Below, piece after piece: positions 56,249-64,000 of a stretch of DNA of 64,000 nt. Every line of letters begins with the position of its first letter. The stretch's first letter is position 1. A model generated the notes under the pieces. That model did not search any database, was not told the origin of the DNA, and was given only the letters and a program-made list of their open reading frames with translations. The position numbers and the translations under genes are program-made. The DNA lies in the IMG/VR virus record IMGVR_UViG_2930369814_000001, positions 1-64,000 of that record, one strand, 5' to 3'. The stretch comes from a virus. Taxonomy: Duplodnaviria; Caudoviricetes.

Positions 56249-57571
56249 TTAGTTGGCAGTCGGGCTGGCGTTCTTGGCGGCGGACTCGGTCCGCTCGGTG
56301 CGTGCTTGCGCGCGGGCGATCGGGTGGTTCGGAGCGCTGTCGCCGGCCCGCCGGGTGGGCGGTGTGCCGCCGTTGTTTCGGCGCCCGTCGGGGGCGTTCG
56401 GGTCCTTCTTCGCGCGAGGGGGTCGTTGGGAATTGATCTGCGACAACGACCCGAGAACGGGGGCTTCGGTGACGGTCCGCATGTGGGCCTGCGCGGCGCG
56501 CGACTGGGCTTCGATTTCGGGGCGGATGCCGACCTTGGTGCAGCCCGTCACGAGAACCCACGCCTCGGCCCAGATCTGCTCCGTGACGTACTGCGAGCCG
56601 CGGGCGGAGCGGAGGGCGTCGGCGACCTCCCACACGTCGGGGTGCCGGTTCTTGCGATCGTCGTCGCGCCGCTTCTGATCCTCCGCGGCGCGGGCATCCG
56701 CCGCGGCCTTGTCGGCTGCAGCACGGGCGTCGGCGGCCTGCTTCTCGGCGCGCGCCTTCTCCCGCTCCTGCAGCTGCCGCTCCTGCTCCCGCTCGGCGGC
56801 GCGACGCTCCCGCCACGACGGGATGCCGTCGGCCTTCTGCGCGATGCCGTGCTCGTAGGCCATGAGGACGATGGGCCCGCCGAGCGAGGCGATGGCCCCG
56901 ATCAGTCCGGCGTTGAAACCGATGTGATCGTTGGTCAGCCCGCCGTGCAGGTTGATCGCGGCGGCGATCGCCGCGGACAGCATGATGCCGATCCGGTACG
57001 GGGCGACATCCCGCCGGTGAGCGACTGCCCACGCGGCGCCGAACGCCAGCACCAGGGCGAGACCTTCGAGGAGGGCCGGCGCGGCGATGAGGAAGGGGCG
57101 CTCACGGTCCCAGAAGTGCATGAACTGCACGGGCGCGGCGATGATCAGACCGACGGCGTAGATGCCGCGGGCGCCCCACTTCCACCAGCGCTCGGACCGC
57201 TCCTGCTCGGCCAGCACCTGCGCCTCGGCGGCCTCCTCGTCGGCGGCAGCCTTCTCCGCCTTCTCCTTCTTGGCCTGCGACTCGGCGGCCTCCGCGGCCT
57301 TCTTCGCGACGTATGCCTTGTGGTCGGCCTGGTCCTTCTCCAGCCGCATGCGCTTGCGCTCGTTACTGATGCGCAGCTCTTCGGCCTGCTCGCTGGCGAG
57401 GATCTCGGCGGCCTTGGCGTCTCCCTCCGCCTTGATGCGGGCGGCTTCGGCTTCGGCTTCGGCGCGTTTCCTGATCGCCTCCGCCTCGGCCAGCGCCACC
57501 GGGTCGAACCGGGGCTCGGGCGAGGCAACGGCGCGGCCGTTGACCTGCTTCTCGACGGATACGGCGGTCAC
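56249..57571 (-). CDS. Spd-like (DUF2637-like) membrane coiled-coil protein
   Basis: Coiled coil, four TM segments (AAAINLH), coiled coil; architecture of Streptomyces spread proteins. Confidence 0.7.
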   Translation of the reverse strand: MTAVSVEKQVNGRAVASPEPRFDPVALAEAEAIRKRAEAEAEAARIKAEGDAKAAEILASEQAEELRISNERKRMRLEKDQADHKAYVAKKAAEAAESQAKKEKAEKAAADEEAAEAQVLAEQERSERWWKWGARGIYAVGLIIAAPVQFMHFWDRERPFLIAAPALLEGLALVLAFGAAWAVAHRRDVAPYRIGIMLSAAIAAAINLHGGLTNDHIGFNAGLIGAIASLGGPIVLMAYEHGIAQKADGIPSWRERRAAEREQERQLQEREKARAEKQAADARAAADKAAADARAAEDQKRRDDDRKNRHPDVWEVADALRSARGSQYVTEQIWAEAWVLVTGCTKVGIRPEIEAQSRAAQAHMRTVTEAPVLGSLSQINSQRPPRAKKDPNAPDGRRNNGGTPPTRRAGDSAPNHPIARAQARTERTESAAKNASPTAN

Positions 57572-57627
57572 GGTGATCGGTGTCCTTCCAGATCGTTGGT
57601 GGAGGGTCGGGGTCAGCAGGCGGGGGT

Positions 57628-57762
57628 CTAGCGGGCGTGCCGGTCGAAGCGTGTTCGGGCGCGCGGCGGCCTGGTGGCTGCGATGACGAACGGTGTCAGG
57701 ACGATCGCGATCACTGTCATGGCGACAGCGATGCAGCTCATGACGAGGTTGAAGTCGCTCAC
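57628..57762 (-). CDS. small TM peptide
   Basis: Hydrophobic helix with a basic tail. Confidence 0.5.
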   Translation of the reverse strand: MSDFNLVMSCIAVAMTVIAIVLTPFVIAATRPPRARTRFDRHAR

Positions 57763-57767
57763 GGTGG

Positions 57768-57968
57768 TCAGTCCTCTCGGTTGCGGCGGCGGGTGGTGCG
57801 GTAGCCGAACGGGCCGGGCAGGTCGTAGCTGGTGGTGGTCTGGCCGGTGCTGGACCAGGTGCGTTTGGGCCCGCCCTTGGGGCCGACGGTGATCGACCAG
57901 GACCGGCGGTTGATGTTGATGCGGACGCCGGGCAGGATCCGGAAGCTCTTGCGAAACGTGATCGGCAT
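57768..57968 (-). CDS. DUF4236-like protein
   Basis: FRKSFRILPGVRININ..SWSITVG. Confidence 0.75.
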   Translation of the reverse strand: MPITFRKSFRILPGVRININRRSWSITVGPKGGPKRTWSSTGQTTTSYDLPGPFGYRTTRRRNRED

Positions 57969-58153
57969 CAGTCCTCCACGTCGATGAAGCGGAACGCGGC
58001 GAACGCGTGCGCCTGCGGGTCGGCGGTGGCGTTGACGATGCGGTCGGCCTCGTCGATGTCACCGCGGTTGACGGCGTCAGCGGCACGACGGGCCACAGCC
58101 AAGTCGACGGCGACAGTCGGGGCGGGCTTGGGGCGGCGGCGGAACAGGCTCAT
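57968..58153 (-). CDS. hypothetical protein
   Basis: RBS AAGGA; translationally coupled. Confidence 0.6.
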   Translation of the reverse strand: MSLFRRRPKPAPTVAVDLAVARRAADAVNRGDIDEADRIVNATADPQAHAFAAFRFIDVED

Positions 58154-58189
58154 GTGGATGTCCTTCGCGGCTGGTCCGGGGCGGTGAGG

Positions 58190-58618
58190 TCAGACGGCGT
58201 CGGCAGCCGCGAGGGTGTCGGCCACGATCTGGCTGTGGTCGAAGGCGAGCGGCGGCAGGGCGTCCAGGGGCCACCACTCGGCACGCACGGCGTCGTCACC
58301 TGCCGTGATGGGCGTTCCGGGGATGACGAGCAGGTGGTAGGCGACGGTGACGTACCGACCGCGCGGGTCCCGGTCGGGCGCGTCGTACACGCCGACCTGG
58401 TCCAGTTCCGCCTCGGTCGCGTACAGGCCGGCCTCTTCGGCCAGCTCGCGGGCGGCGGCGGCGCGGGAGGTCTCGCCGGGGTCGACGTGCCCGCCAGGCA
58501 ACGCCCACTTCCCCTTGTGCGGGTCCCAGCCGCGCTCGATCAGCAGGACGCGCCCGTCGGTGGTGGTGACGACGGTGTCGGCGGTGTAGCGGATGGTCTC
58601 GAACGTCTCGGCGCTCAT
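58190..58618 (-). CDS. Nudix hydrolase (ADP-ribose pyrophosphatase-like)
   Basis: WALPGGHVDPGETSRAAAARELAEEAGL, RDPR, LAFDH. Confidence 0.92.
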   Translation of the reverse strand: MSAETFETIRYTADTVVTTTDGRVLLIERGWDPHKGKWALPGGHVDPGETSRAAAARELAEEAGLYATEAELDQVGVYDAPDRDPRGRYVTVAYHLLVIPGTPITAGDDAVRAEWWPLDALPPLAFDHSQIVADTLAAADAV

Positions 58619-58672
58619 ATCGGCCTCTCAGATTGGTGATCAGGCGCGGTGGGTGGTGTGCGCCCCGGCGGT

Positions 58673-58825
58673 CTAGGACTGCCTGTGGCATCCGCAGTGG
58701 CACGGAGCGCAGCAGCAGGGGGCCGAGGTCTTCTCGGCTTCCGCCTCGGCCAGCACCCTCCGCGCGACCCCGGTCGCCACGAACAGGGCGCCGACGACGG
58801 CAATCGCCACCAGCAGGCCCCACAT
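58673..58825 (-). CDS. TM peptide with Cys/His-rich tail
   Basis: MWGLLVAIAVVGALFV...PCCCAPCHCGCH. Confidence 0.5.
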   Translation of the reverse strand: MWGLLVAIAVVGALFVATGVARRVLAEAEAEKTSAPCCCAPCHCGCHRQS

Positions 58826-59064
58826 CAGGCGGCGGCCGGGTAGTCGAAGCCGTCCAGCTCGGCAACCAGGTCGGCGTCCAGCCCGGCCGCGTAGTCACGG
58901 ACGGCGGCCATCCGGGCCGAGTCGCCGGACTGGCGGGCATCGGCGTACTCGGCGAACAGATCGGCGATCGACACGGTCAGCGCGTCGGCGACGCTGGTGA
59001 CCGTGCGGGCCTTCAGCCCGATCTCGGTGGAACCCAAGTCGGCGGAGATCAGGAACGGAGACAT
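58825..59064 (-). CDS. hypothetical protein
   Basis: MSPFLISADLG... Confidence 0.6.
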   Translation of the reverse strand: MSPFLISADLGSTEIGLKARTVTSVADALTVSIADLFAEYADARQSGDSARMAAVRDYAAGLDADLVAELDGFDYPAAA

Positions 59065-59105
59065 CGGGATGGCCCTCTCAGGGTCAGCGGAACGTGGGAT
59101 GGGGG

Positions 59106-59327
59106 TCAGGCGGTGGGGCGGGGCGCGCGGCGGCACTTGCCGGCGTGCCGTTCGGCAAGGCGGTGAGCGGCGGGCGGGTAGTAGGCGTGGCCGTCACCGA
59201 AGCCGCAGCCCGAACAGCGGACGCGGACGCACTCGCCGTCGTCCGTCAGGTCGACGTTGCCGCCGCCGACGGTCCGGTAGCGGGCGACAACACCCTCCGG
59301 CCAAGCGGACTGGGTGGAAGCAGGCAT
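59106..59327 (-). CDS. small Zn-binding protein
   Basis: ARYRTVGG...CSGCG...HAGKCR. Confidence 0.65.
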   Translation of the reverse strand: MPASTQSAWPEGVVARYRTVGGGNVDLTDDGECVRVRCSGCGFGDGHAYYPPAAHRLAERHAGKCRRAPRPTA

Positions 59328-59494
59328 GGGGGTACTCCTCAGCTGGTCAGACAGGGCTCGGGTGGGATGCCGCGGAGGCGGGACGGGGGTTGGACACCGC
59401 CCCCGCGGCGGCTTGGGGCCCTACTTGGGCCGGTTGGAGGACTGCCGGTTGGCGTCCTTGACCTTCTGGCGGAGCGCCTCGCGCTCGGCGTCCG

Positions 59495-59728
59495 TCACGA
59501 CGCGTCCGGTACGGCGTGCAGGCGTCGGGTGCGGCCCGACGGCTGAGGCTTGGCCTGCGACAGGGGCGCCGCGGTGGCCGGGACGAACCAGTGGCTGATC
59601 CGCGTCTGGGTCTCTGGGTCGGTGAACGTGACCAGCAGCTTCGGCGACTCGCCGTCCCAGGCGGGCAGCCCGGCCACGATGCGCTCAGTCGTCGCCCGCA
59701 ACAGCTCCCGACGCTCCCACTCCGTCAC
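59495..59728 (-). CDS. hypothetical protein
   Basis: Operonic ORF. Confidence 0.45.
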   Translation of the reverse strand: MTEWERRELLRATTERIVAGLPAWDGESPKLLVTFTDPETQTRISHWFVPATAAPLSQAKPQPSGRTRRLHAVPDAS

Positions 59729-59891
59729 GACACACGCTCCGGCAGGTAGGCGCCGCCGTCACGGTGGGCGTAGGCGGTGATCGCGCCAGGCTCGTAGGGC
59801 TGACGGACGATCGCCATCAGGTCGTCCGGCCACCAGCCGAGGAACACCTCGTCGACCGCGGCCTCCAGCTCCAGGCTGGGATCCGGCCCGT

Positions 59892-60053
59892 TCACGACTC
59901 GACCCTCACGACCAGGAACCGGTCACTGTCGAGGTCCATCGTCACGGTGACGGACTGGCCCTGCGCCGTCAGCTCGGCCACCTTCTCCTCCGCCGGCCAG
60001 CTGCCGCGGGGACCGCCAGCCGGGAAGTCGGCAAGGATCTCGCGGGCGGTCAC
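59892..60053 (-). CDS. hypothetical protein
   Basis: FPAGGPRGSWPAEE...MDLDSDRFLVV. Confidence 0.55.
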   Translation of the reverse strand: MTAREILADFPAGGPRGSWPAEEKVAELTAQGQSVTVTMDLDSDRFLVVRVES

Positions 60054-60250
60054 GACGCACCGCCGATCAGGTCGAGCTGTCCGGCCGCCGTCAGAACGCG
60101 GACGGAGTCGGCCATCGTGTCCTGGGCCAGCGCGAGACTTTCGAACTCGGCGCCCGACATCGGACACCCGAGACCGGTCAGCTCCTTGTAGCGGGCGGAC
60201 GCCACCTCGTACCGGGTCACGGCACGCTGCACGTCGAAGGCAGCCATCAC
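60050..60250 (-). CDS. hypothetical protein (paralog of 60247-60552)
   Basis: Shared L..AGQL.LIGGA C-terminus. Confidence 0.6.
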   Translation of the reverse strand: MMAAFDVQRAVTRYEVASARYKELTGLGCPMSGAEFESLALAQDTMADSVRVLTAAGQLDLIGGAS

Positions 60251-60552
60251 GCACCGCCGATCAGCTTGAGCTGGCCAGCCTTGGCGAGGACCGCGTGCGC
60301 GGCGGCCATGACGTCCTCGGCGTCGGCCAACGACCGGGCGTCCAAGTCCGACATGCGCCCGGACTCGGCAAGGCCGGCGAGCTGTGCGGCGTGCACGGCA
60401 GCCGTCTCGTACTCGGCGACCGCCTGCACCAGCGGGAAGTGCGGCAGGACGCGGGCCAGCGCGGCAGCCGACTTCGGCGGCAGCGGGGCGGTCGGCGTTG
60501 CGACCGCGTGGTCGGCGCGCTTCTGCGCACCGATAAGATCGGTGGTAGCCAA
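60247..60552 (-). CDS. hypothetical protein
   Basis: RBS AGGAG; first gene of the transfer operon. Confidence 0.6.
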   Translation of the reverse strand: MATTDLIGAQKRADHAVATPTAPLPPKSAAALARVLPHFPLVQAVAEYETAAVHAAQLAGLAESGRMSDLDARSLADAEDVMAAAHAVLAKAGQLKLIGGA

Positions 60553-60681
60553 CGTGGTCTCCTAGTCAGAACCTGTTGGTGAGGGCCGGCCTGCGAGGTG
60601 AGAGTCGCGGTGTCCGGCCCGTCTTCTTTTGTGCGCTGCCCGCGGACTGGGTCCGGTGAGAGTGGACAACGGTGACGCCGT

Positions 60682-60775
60682 CTTCTAGGTGACACCTAGA
60701 AGGCTTGGTAAGACCGTAGAGGGCTGCCGGTGACGAGTCAAGCGCCCAACACAACGTTTCTAGCTGAGGCTTGAG
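60682..60775. promoter_or_regulatory. transfer-operon promoter and operator
   Basis: Perfect palindrome CTTCTAGGTG-A-CACCTAGAAG (60682-60702); leftward TTGACT-17-TACGGT; second half-site near 60758. Confidence 0.75.
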
Positions 60776-60805
60776 GGGGCGTCGGATCGCCCGTACTCTC
60801 GCTTC

Positions 60806-61060
60806 ATGGCCGACTCTCCCGACACTCCCTTCACCCGCTACGACGAGCAGCTCCGCGCGATCAGTGACCTGGACGAGCGTTGGGCCAAGTACCTCGAGCT
60901 GGCCGAGCACCTCGACACCGAACTGGAACTGTGGCGACGCAGGCAGCGGCAGGAGATCGCCCTCGGCTACCGGGGCGAAGGGAAGACCTGGAAGGAGATC
61001 GGCAAGGCGATGGGAGACGTTTCGTTCCAACGTGCCTTCCAGTACGGCAAGGGCGAATGA
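60806..61060 (+). CDS. small HTH repressor (Kor/TraR-like role inferred)
   Basis: GKTWKEIGKAMGDVSFQRAFQ; divergent from the transfer operon. Confidence 0.75.
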   Translation: MADSPDTPFTRYDEQLRAISDLDERWAKYLELAEHLDTELELWRRRQRQEIALGYRGEGKTWKEIGKAMGDVSFQRAFQYGKGE

Positions 61061-61106
61061 CCGGGGCTTCATGGGAGCAAGTCTTCGCGTGCGGGCACGC
61101 CCGGAC

Positions 61107-61166
61107 CATGAAGATCCCATGCAGCACCATGCAGTGACCTGAAGCCGGACCTGCAGCCGCATGCAG
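61107..61166 (+). repeat. six phased C(A/C)TG(A/C)AG heptamers
   Basis: Starts at 61107, 61118, 61128, 61138, 61150 and 61160. Confidence 0.6.
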
Positions 61167-61209
61167 GACCGGCACGAGATGGACCACAAACGCGGCCAAG
61201 GAGCCGATA

Positions 61210-61848
61210 GTGGCAGACGTCCAACAGTGGACCGGGGAGAAAGCCGCCCGGCTCCAAGACGCATTCGAGATGACCCAGGAAGAGTTCGCGGGGAAGCTCG
61301 GGGTGTCGGTTCGCAGCGTCGCCTCATGGCGCGCGAACCCGCGAATGGTGCCCCAGCCGGACACGCAGCGAATCCTGGACACGACTTACAGAATGGCAGG
61401 TGATGCGGTGCGCCGGCGGTTCATCCATTTGTCGCGGATAGCGGCCCCCCAGCCGGAGGCGCAGGCCTTGCGGGTGGCGATCGCGGTGGTCCGCCGGGGA
61501 GGTGACGTGCTGCTCGTGTGCAGGCAGGACGGTGACGACATCGCCTGGCAGTTCCCGGCCGGCATCGTCAAGCCCGGCGGCAGCGCATCGAAGGTGGCGG
61601 TGCGGGAAACGCTGGACGAAACCGGCGTCCACTGCCTGGTCCGCGAACACCTGGGCGAACGCCTTCACCCTGTGACACGCGCACTCTGCGACTACTTCAT
61701 CTGCGACTACGTGCACGGCGAGGCGGTCAATGGGGATTCCTCCGAGAACGTCGCCGTGGCCTGGGCTCCGATAGCGGAACTCGCCCGATTCATCCCGACC
61801 GACCGCATCTACCCGCCGATCCTCAACGCCTTGGAGGCGACCGTATGA
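61210..61848 (+). CDS. XRE-HTH / Nudix fusion protein
   Basis: MTQEEFAGKLGVSVRSVASW plus WQFPAGIVKPGGSASKVAVRETLDETGV. Confidence 0.88.
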   Translation: MADVQQWTGEKAARLQDAFEMTQEEFAGKLGVSVRSVASWRANPRMVPQPDTQRILDTTYRMAGDAVRRRFIHLSRIAAPQPEAQALRVAIAVVRRGGDVLLVCRQDGDDIAWQFPAGIVKPGGSASKVAVRETLDETGVHCLVREHLGERLHPVTRALCDYFICDYVHGEAVNGDSSENVAVAWAPIAELARFIPTDRIYPPILNALEATV

Positions 61849-62258
61849 CGACCGAGACCACCACAGAGAAGCCCGGCATCTCCGCCGCCATCATCGTCCA
61901 GGACGGCCGGGTGCTCATGGTCCGCCGCCGAATCTCCGAGGGCGAGCTGATGTGGCAGTTCCCCGCTGGCGCCATCGAGGACGGGGAGGCCGCAGAGGAG
62001 GCGGCGGTGCGCGAGACGGCCGAGGAGACCGGCCTGGTCGTCACCGCGGCAAAGCTGCTCGGCGAGCGCGTCCACCCGAAGACAGGCCGGCTGATGTCGT
62101 ACACGGCGTGCGAGCCGGTGCAGGGCGAGGCCCGGGTCGCGGACGAGGACGAGCTGGACGCGGTCGCCTGGGTCGCCCACTCGGAGATCAGCGACTACGT
62201 GCCCTACGGACTGTTCGGGCCGGTACAGGAGTACCTCGACGACGTTCTGCCGCACTGA
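61845..62258 (+). CDS. Nudix hydrolase
   Basis: Canonical box GAIEDGEAAEEAAVRETAEETGL; ATGA overlap with the fusion gene. Confidence 0.92.
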   Translation: MTTETTTEKPGISAAIIVQDGRVLMVRRRISEGELMWQFPAGAIEDGEAAEEAAVRETAEETGLVVTAAKLLGERVHPKTGRLMSYTACEPVQGEARVADEDELDAVAWVAHSEISDYVPYGLFGPVQEYLDDVLPH

Positions 62259-62419
62259 CGTGCACATCGGTGCACATCGTTTGACTTGATCACGAGGGCA
62301 GCGAAAGCTTCTCTCCATGAACGCGAACGGCCGGGCGGTGGCGACCGCCCGGCCAGTTCGACCAGCGAGTGGCGACTCGCTGATCATCACCCGCTCCGTA
62401 TCAGAGAGAAGGTTGCAAC

Positions 62420-62713
62420 ATGAGATTAGCGCCTCACCCCGGACCGCTCAACGCGGTACCGACCCCTGACCGCATCCTCAACGCCCCGCTCCCCCAGCTG
62501 CTGGCCGAGCACAACGTGGATGTGGTGGAGATCGAGGTCGCCCCCGGGTTCACTGGTGGCACGTTCCAGCGCCGGGACGGCAGCCTGCTGTTCGTCCGCC
62601 CGGCGGGCCGGCCGGTGGCGGAGTGGGAGATCACGGCGCGCGCCTTGCTGGGCCGGGCTCTGCGGGTGGCGCTGCCGCCCCTGCCCGCCCCGTTCGAGGT
62701 GACGGAGCTATAG
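62420..62713 (+). CDS. hypothetical protein (weak ImmA/IrrE N-terminal resemblance)
   Basis: L..L.AEHNV.V...GF.G..; no HEXXH. Confidence 0.55.
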   Translation: MRLAPHPGPLNAVPTPDRILNAPLPQLLAEHNVDVVEIEVAPGFTGGTFQRRDGSLLFVRPAGRPVAEWEITARALLGRALRVALPPLPAPFEVTEL

Positions 62714-62923
62714 GCGCGCCACGCCGTGGGCCCTGGTTGGCGTAATGCGGCCGGGGCCTACGTCTGTGACGGGATTGACGCCGCGACCTGGGCGTCTGCC
62801 GGTCCTCTTGCGGGTATCAGCAGGGTGGGCTTCACTCGGTCGGATGCTGTATTCGCGGGGCGCCCGGACGACTGTCGGTGGGTGCTGCTTGACTGGCGGT
62901 CGGCTACAAGTTGGGGGTTCGCA

Positions 62924-63148
62924 ATGACGACGGTGATCCATAAGACGCCGGAGCAGTTACGGGCGCAGCGGGACAGGCTGCTGGCCGAGGTTGGCATGTC
63001 CTTCGAGCAGTTGCGGGACCGGGCCGAGGTGTACAGCTTGTCGATGGATGAGCTGGACGTGTGGCACACGATCGAGGGCATCGACTACCTTCTGGCTGGT
63101 GACCGAGGAGACGTCGAAGCTCGACGAGTTAGCGGCCGGGTTCGCTGA
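62924..63148 (+). CDS. small acidic protein (antitoxin-like)
   Basis: MTTVIHKTPEQLRAQRDRLL...IEGIDYLL; overlaps the next gene. Confidence 0.6.
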   Translation: MTTVIHKTPEQLRAQRDRLLAEVGMSFEQLRDRAEVYSLSMDELDVWHTIEGIDYLLAGDRGDVEARRVSGRVR

Positions 63149-63836
63149 TGATCTGACTGCTCTGACGCGGGGTGTCCTAGGACAGGACACCCCGCCTTTT
63201 GCTGCCCTGAACTCGGGCAAGCGGGTGCGGGTCTCGCCGATAACAGCGGACGAGCGGGTTCTGAGTATCCCGATCTCGATCGGCGGTGAGATCGTCCTCA
63301 GCCTGAAGGCGCTGTACTACTGCTGTTGGGATGGCAGCAGTACCTTCCTGGCCACGGATCAGGCGGACTTTCATCTGCACTACAAAGGCGTCACCGACCC
63401 CTTGATCCGTTTCGAGTACGTTCGGGACAGCAGGGAGCCTCCGGGTGCCCATATCCAAGTGCATGCGCACCGGGACGAGATGGCGTACCTGCTCCGGTTG
63501 GCGGATGCGGGCCGACCGAAACAGGGCTTCAAGCGGCGGAAGCTCCCGCGACTGTCGGAGATGCATCTGCCGGTGGGCGGGCATCGGATGCGGCCGGCGC
63601 TCGAGGATGTCCTGTTGTTCATGAAGCGGGAGTTCGCGATCGATACGGTGCCAACGTGGCGTTCGGTGATCTCGGAGCGGTTGAAGGTCTGGCGTGAGAT
63701 CCAGTTGATGTCGGCGGTTCGTGATGCTCCGGAGGCTGCGGCGGAGACGCTGCGGGCGATGGGGTACACGGTGCAGTCGCCGACAGTGGCGCGTCCTCGG
63801 GTCTCCCAGGACGACGTGAAGCTGTACTGGCCGTAG
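63099..63836 (+). CDS. hypothetical protein (toxin-like)
   Basis: IRFEY...AHIQVHAH...MHLPVGGHRMRPALEDV. Confidence 0.7.
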   Translation: MTEETSKLDELAAGFADDLTALTRGVLGQDTPPFAALNSGKRVRVSPITADERVLSIPISIGGEIVLSLKALYYCCWDGSSTFLATDQADFHLHYKGVTDPLIRFEYVRDSREPPGAHIQVHAHRDEMAYLLRLADAGRPKQGFKRRKLPRLSEMHLPVGGHRMRPALEDVLLFMKREFAIDTVPTWRSVISERLKVWREIQLMSAVRDAPEAAAETLRAMGYTVQSPTVARPRVSQDDVKLYWP

Positions 63837-64000
63837 CCGCGGTACCACGCGAGGGCTCCACCCGTGCCGGGTGGGGCCCTTGTTGCTGCCGTTCTGTGGC
63901 CCCGCCCACACTGCCCGCATCCTGCTTGCCGTACTGCCCGGTGCCCCAGGAGCCTGCTGCCCCCACTACGCCACATCCCGGGGGTCGCCGTGATCGCCTG

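Larger units (their letters stand above)
1..64000. mobile_element. Streptomyces-type temperate siphophage / phage-plasmid with conjugation module
   Basis: Complete head-tail-lysis operon plus TraB module; no host genes; element ends not visible. Confidence 0.85.

Noticed and set aside
53836-57631. Long + strand ORFs
   Set aside because: Shadows of traB and the spd-like genes
62260-62279. Tandem GTGCACATCG x2
   Set aside because: Only two copies; too little to assign a function
44400-64000. Replication or partition module
   Set aside because: No primase, helicase, Rep or ParA motifs recognised; probably outside the window

Overview
High-GC (Streptomyces-like) temperate siphophage or phage-plasmid; no host housekeeping genes, attachment site or replication module are visible in the window. 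Layout: (i) 1-11.7 kb accessory arm with a GntR regulator, a small HTH switch, a LexA DNA-binding-domain-only protein beside an SOS box, Ku, a Ro60/TROVE (Rsr) gene preceded by two tandem Y RNAs (one with a permuted tRNA-like domain), a XerC/D-like recombinase with a dif-like site and a lipoprotein. (ii) 11.7-33.4 kb minus-strand lysis, tail, head and packaging operon with a glycosyltransferase after the major capsid gene and a GGGAAAG tail-chaperone frameshift. (iii) 33.4-44.3 kb GATC-rich putative packaging region, HNH, an array of small genes joined by a repeated 16-bp junction, a methyltransferase and a displaced fibre/depolymerase module. (iv) 44.3-53.3 kb small early genes, again with junction repeats. 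(v) 53.5-60.6 kb Streptomyces-type conjugation module (FtsK/TraB translocase, Spd-like membrane proteins, Nudix). (vi) 60.7-64 kb HTH repressor, an HTH-Nudix plus Nudix pair and a possible toxin-antitoxin pair. Best candidates for new biology: one element with both virion and TraB transfer routes under possible Nudix-based control, a phage Rsr/dual Y RNA stress module, and junction-repeat gene cassettes. Family assignments are from motif recognition by eye, not database searches.
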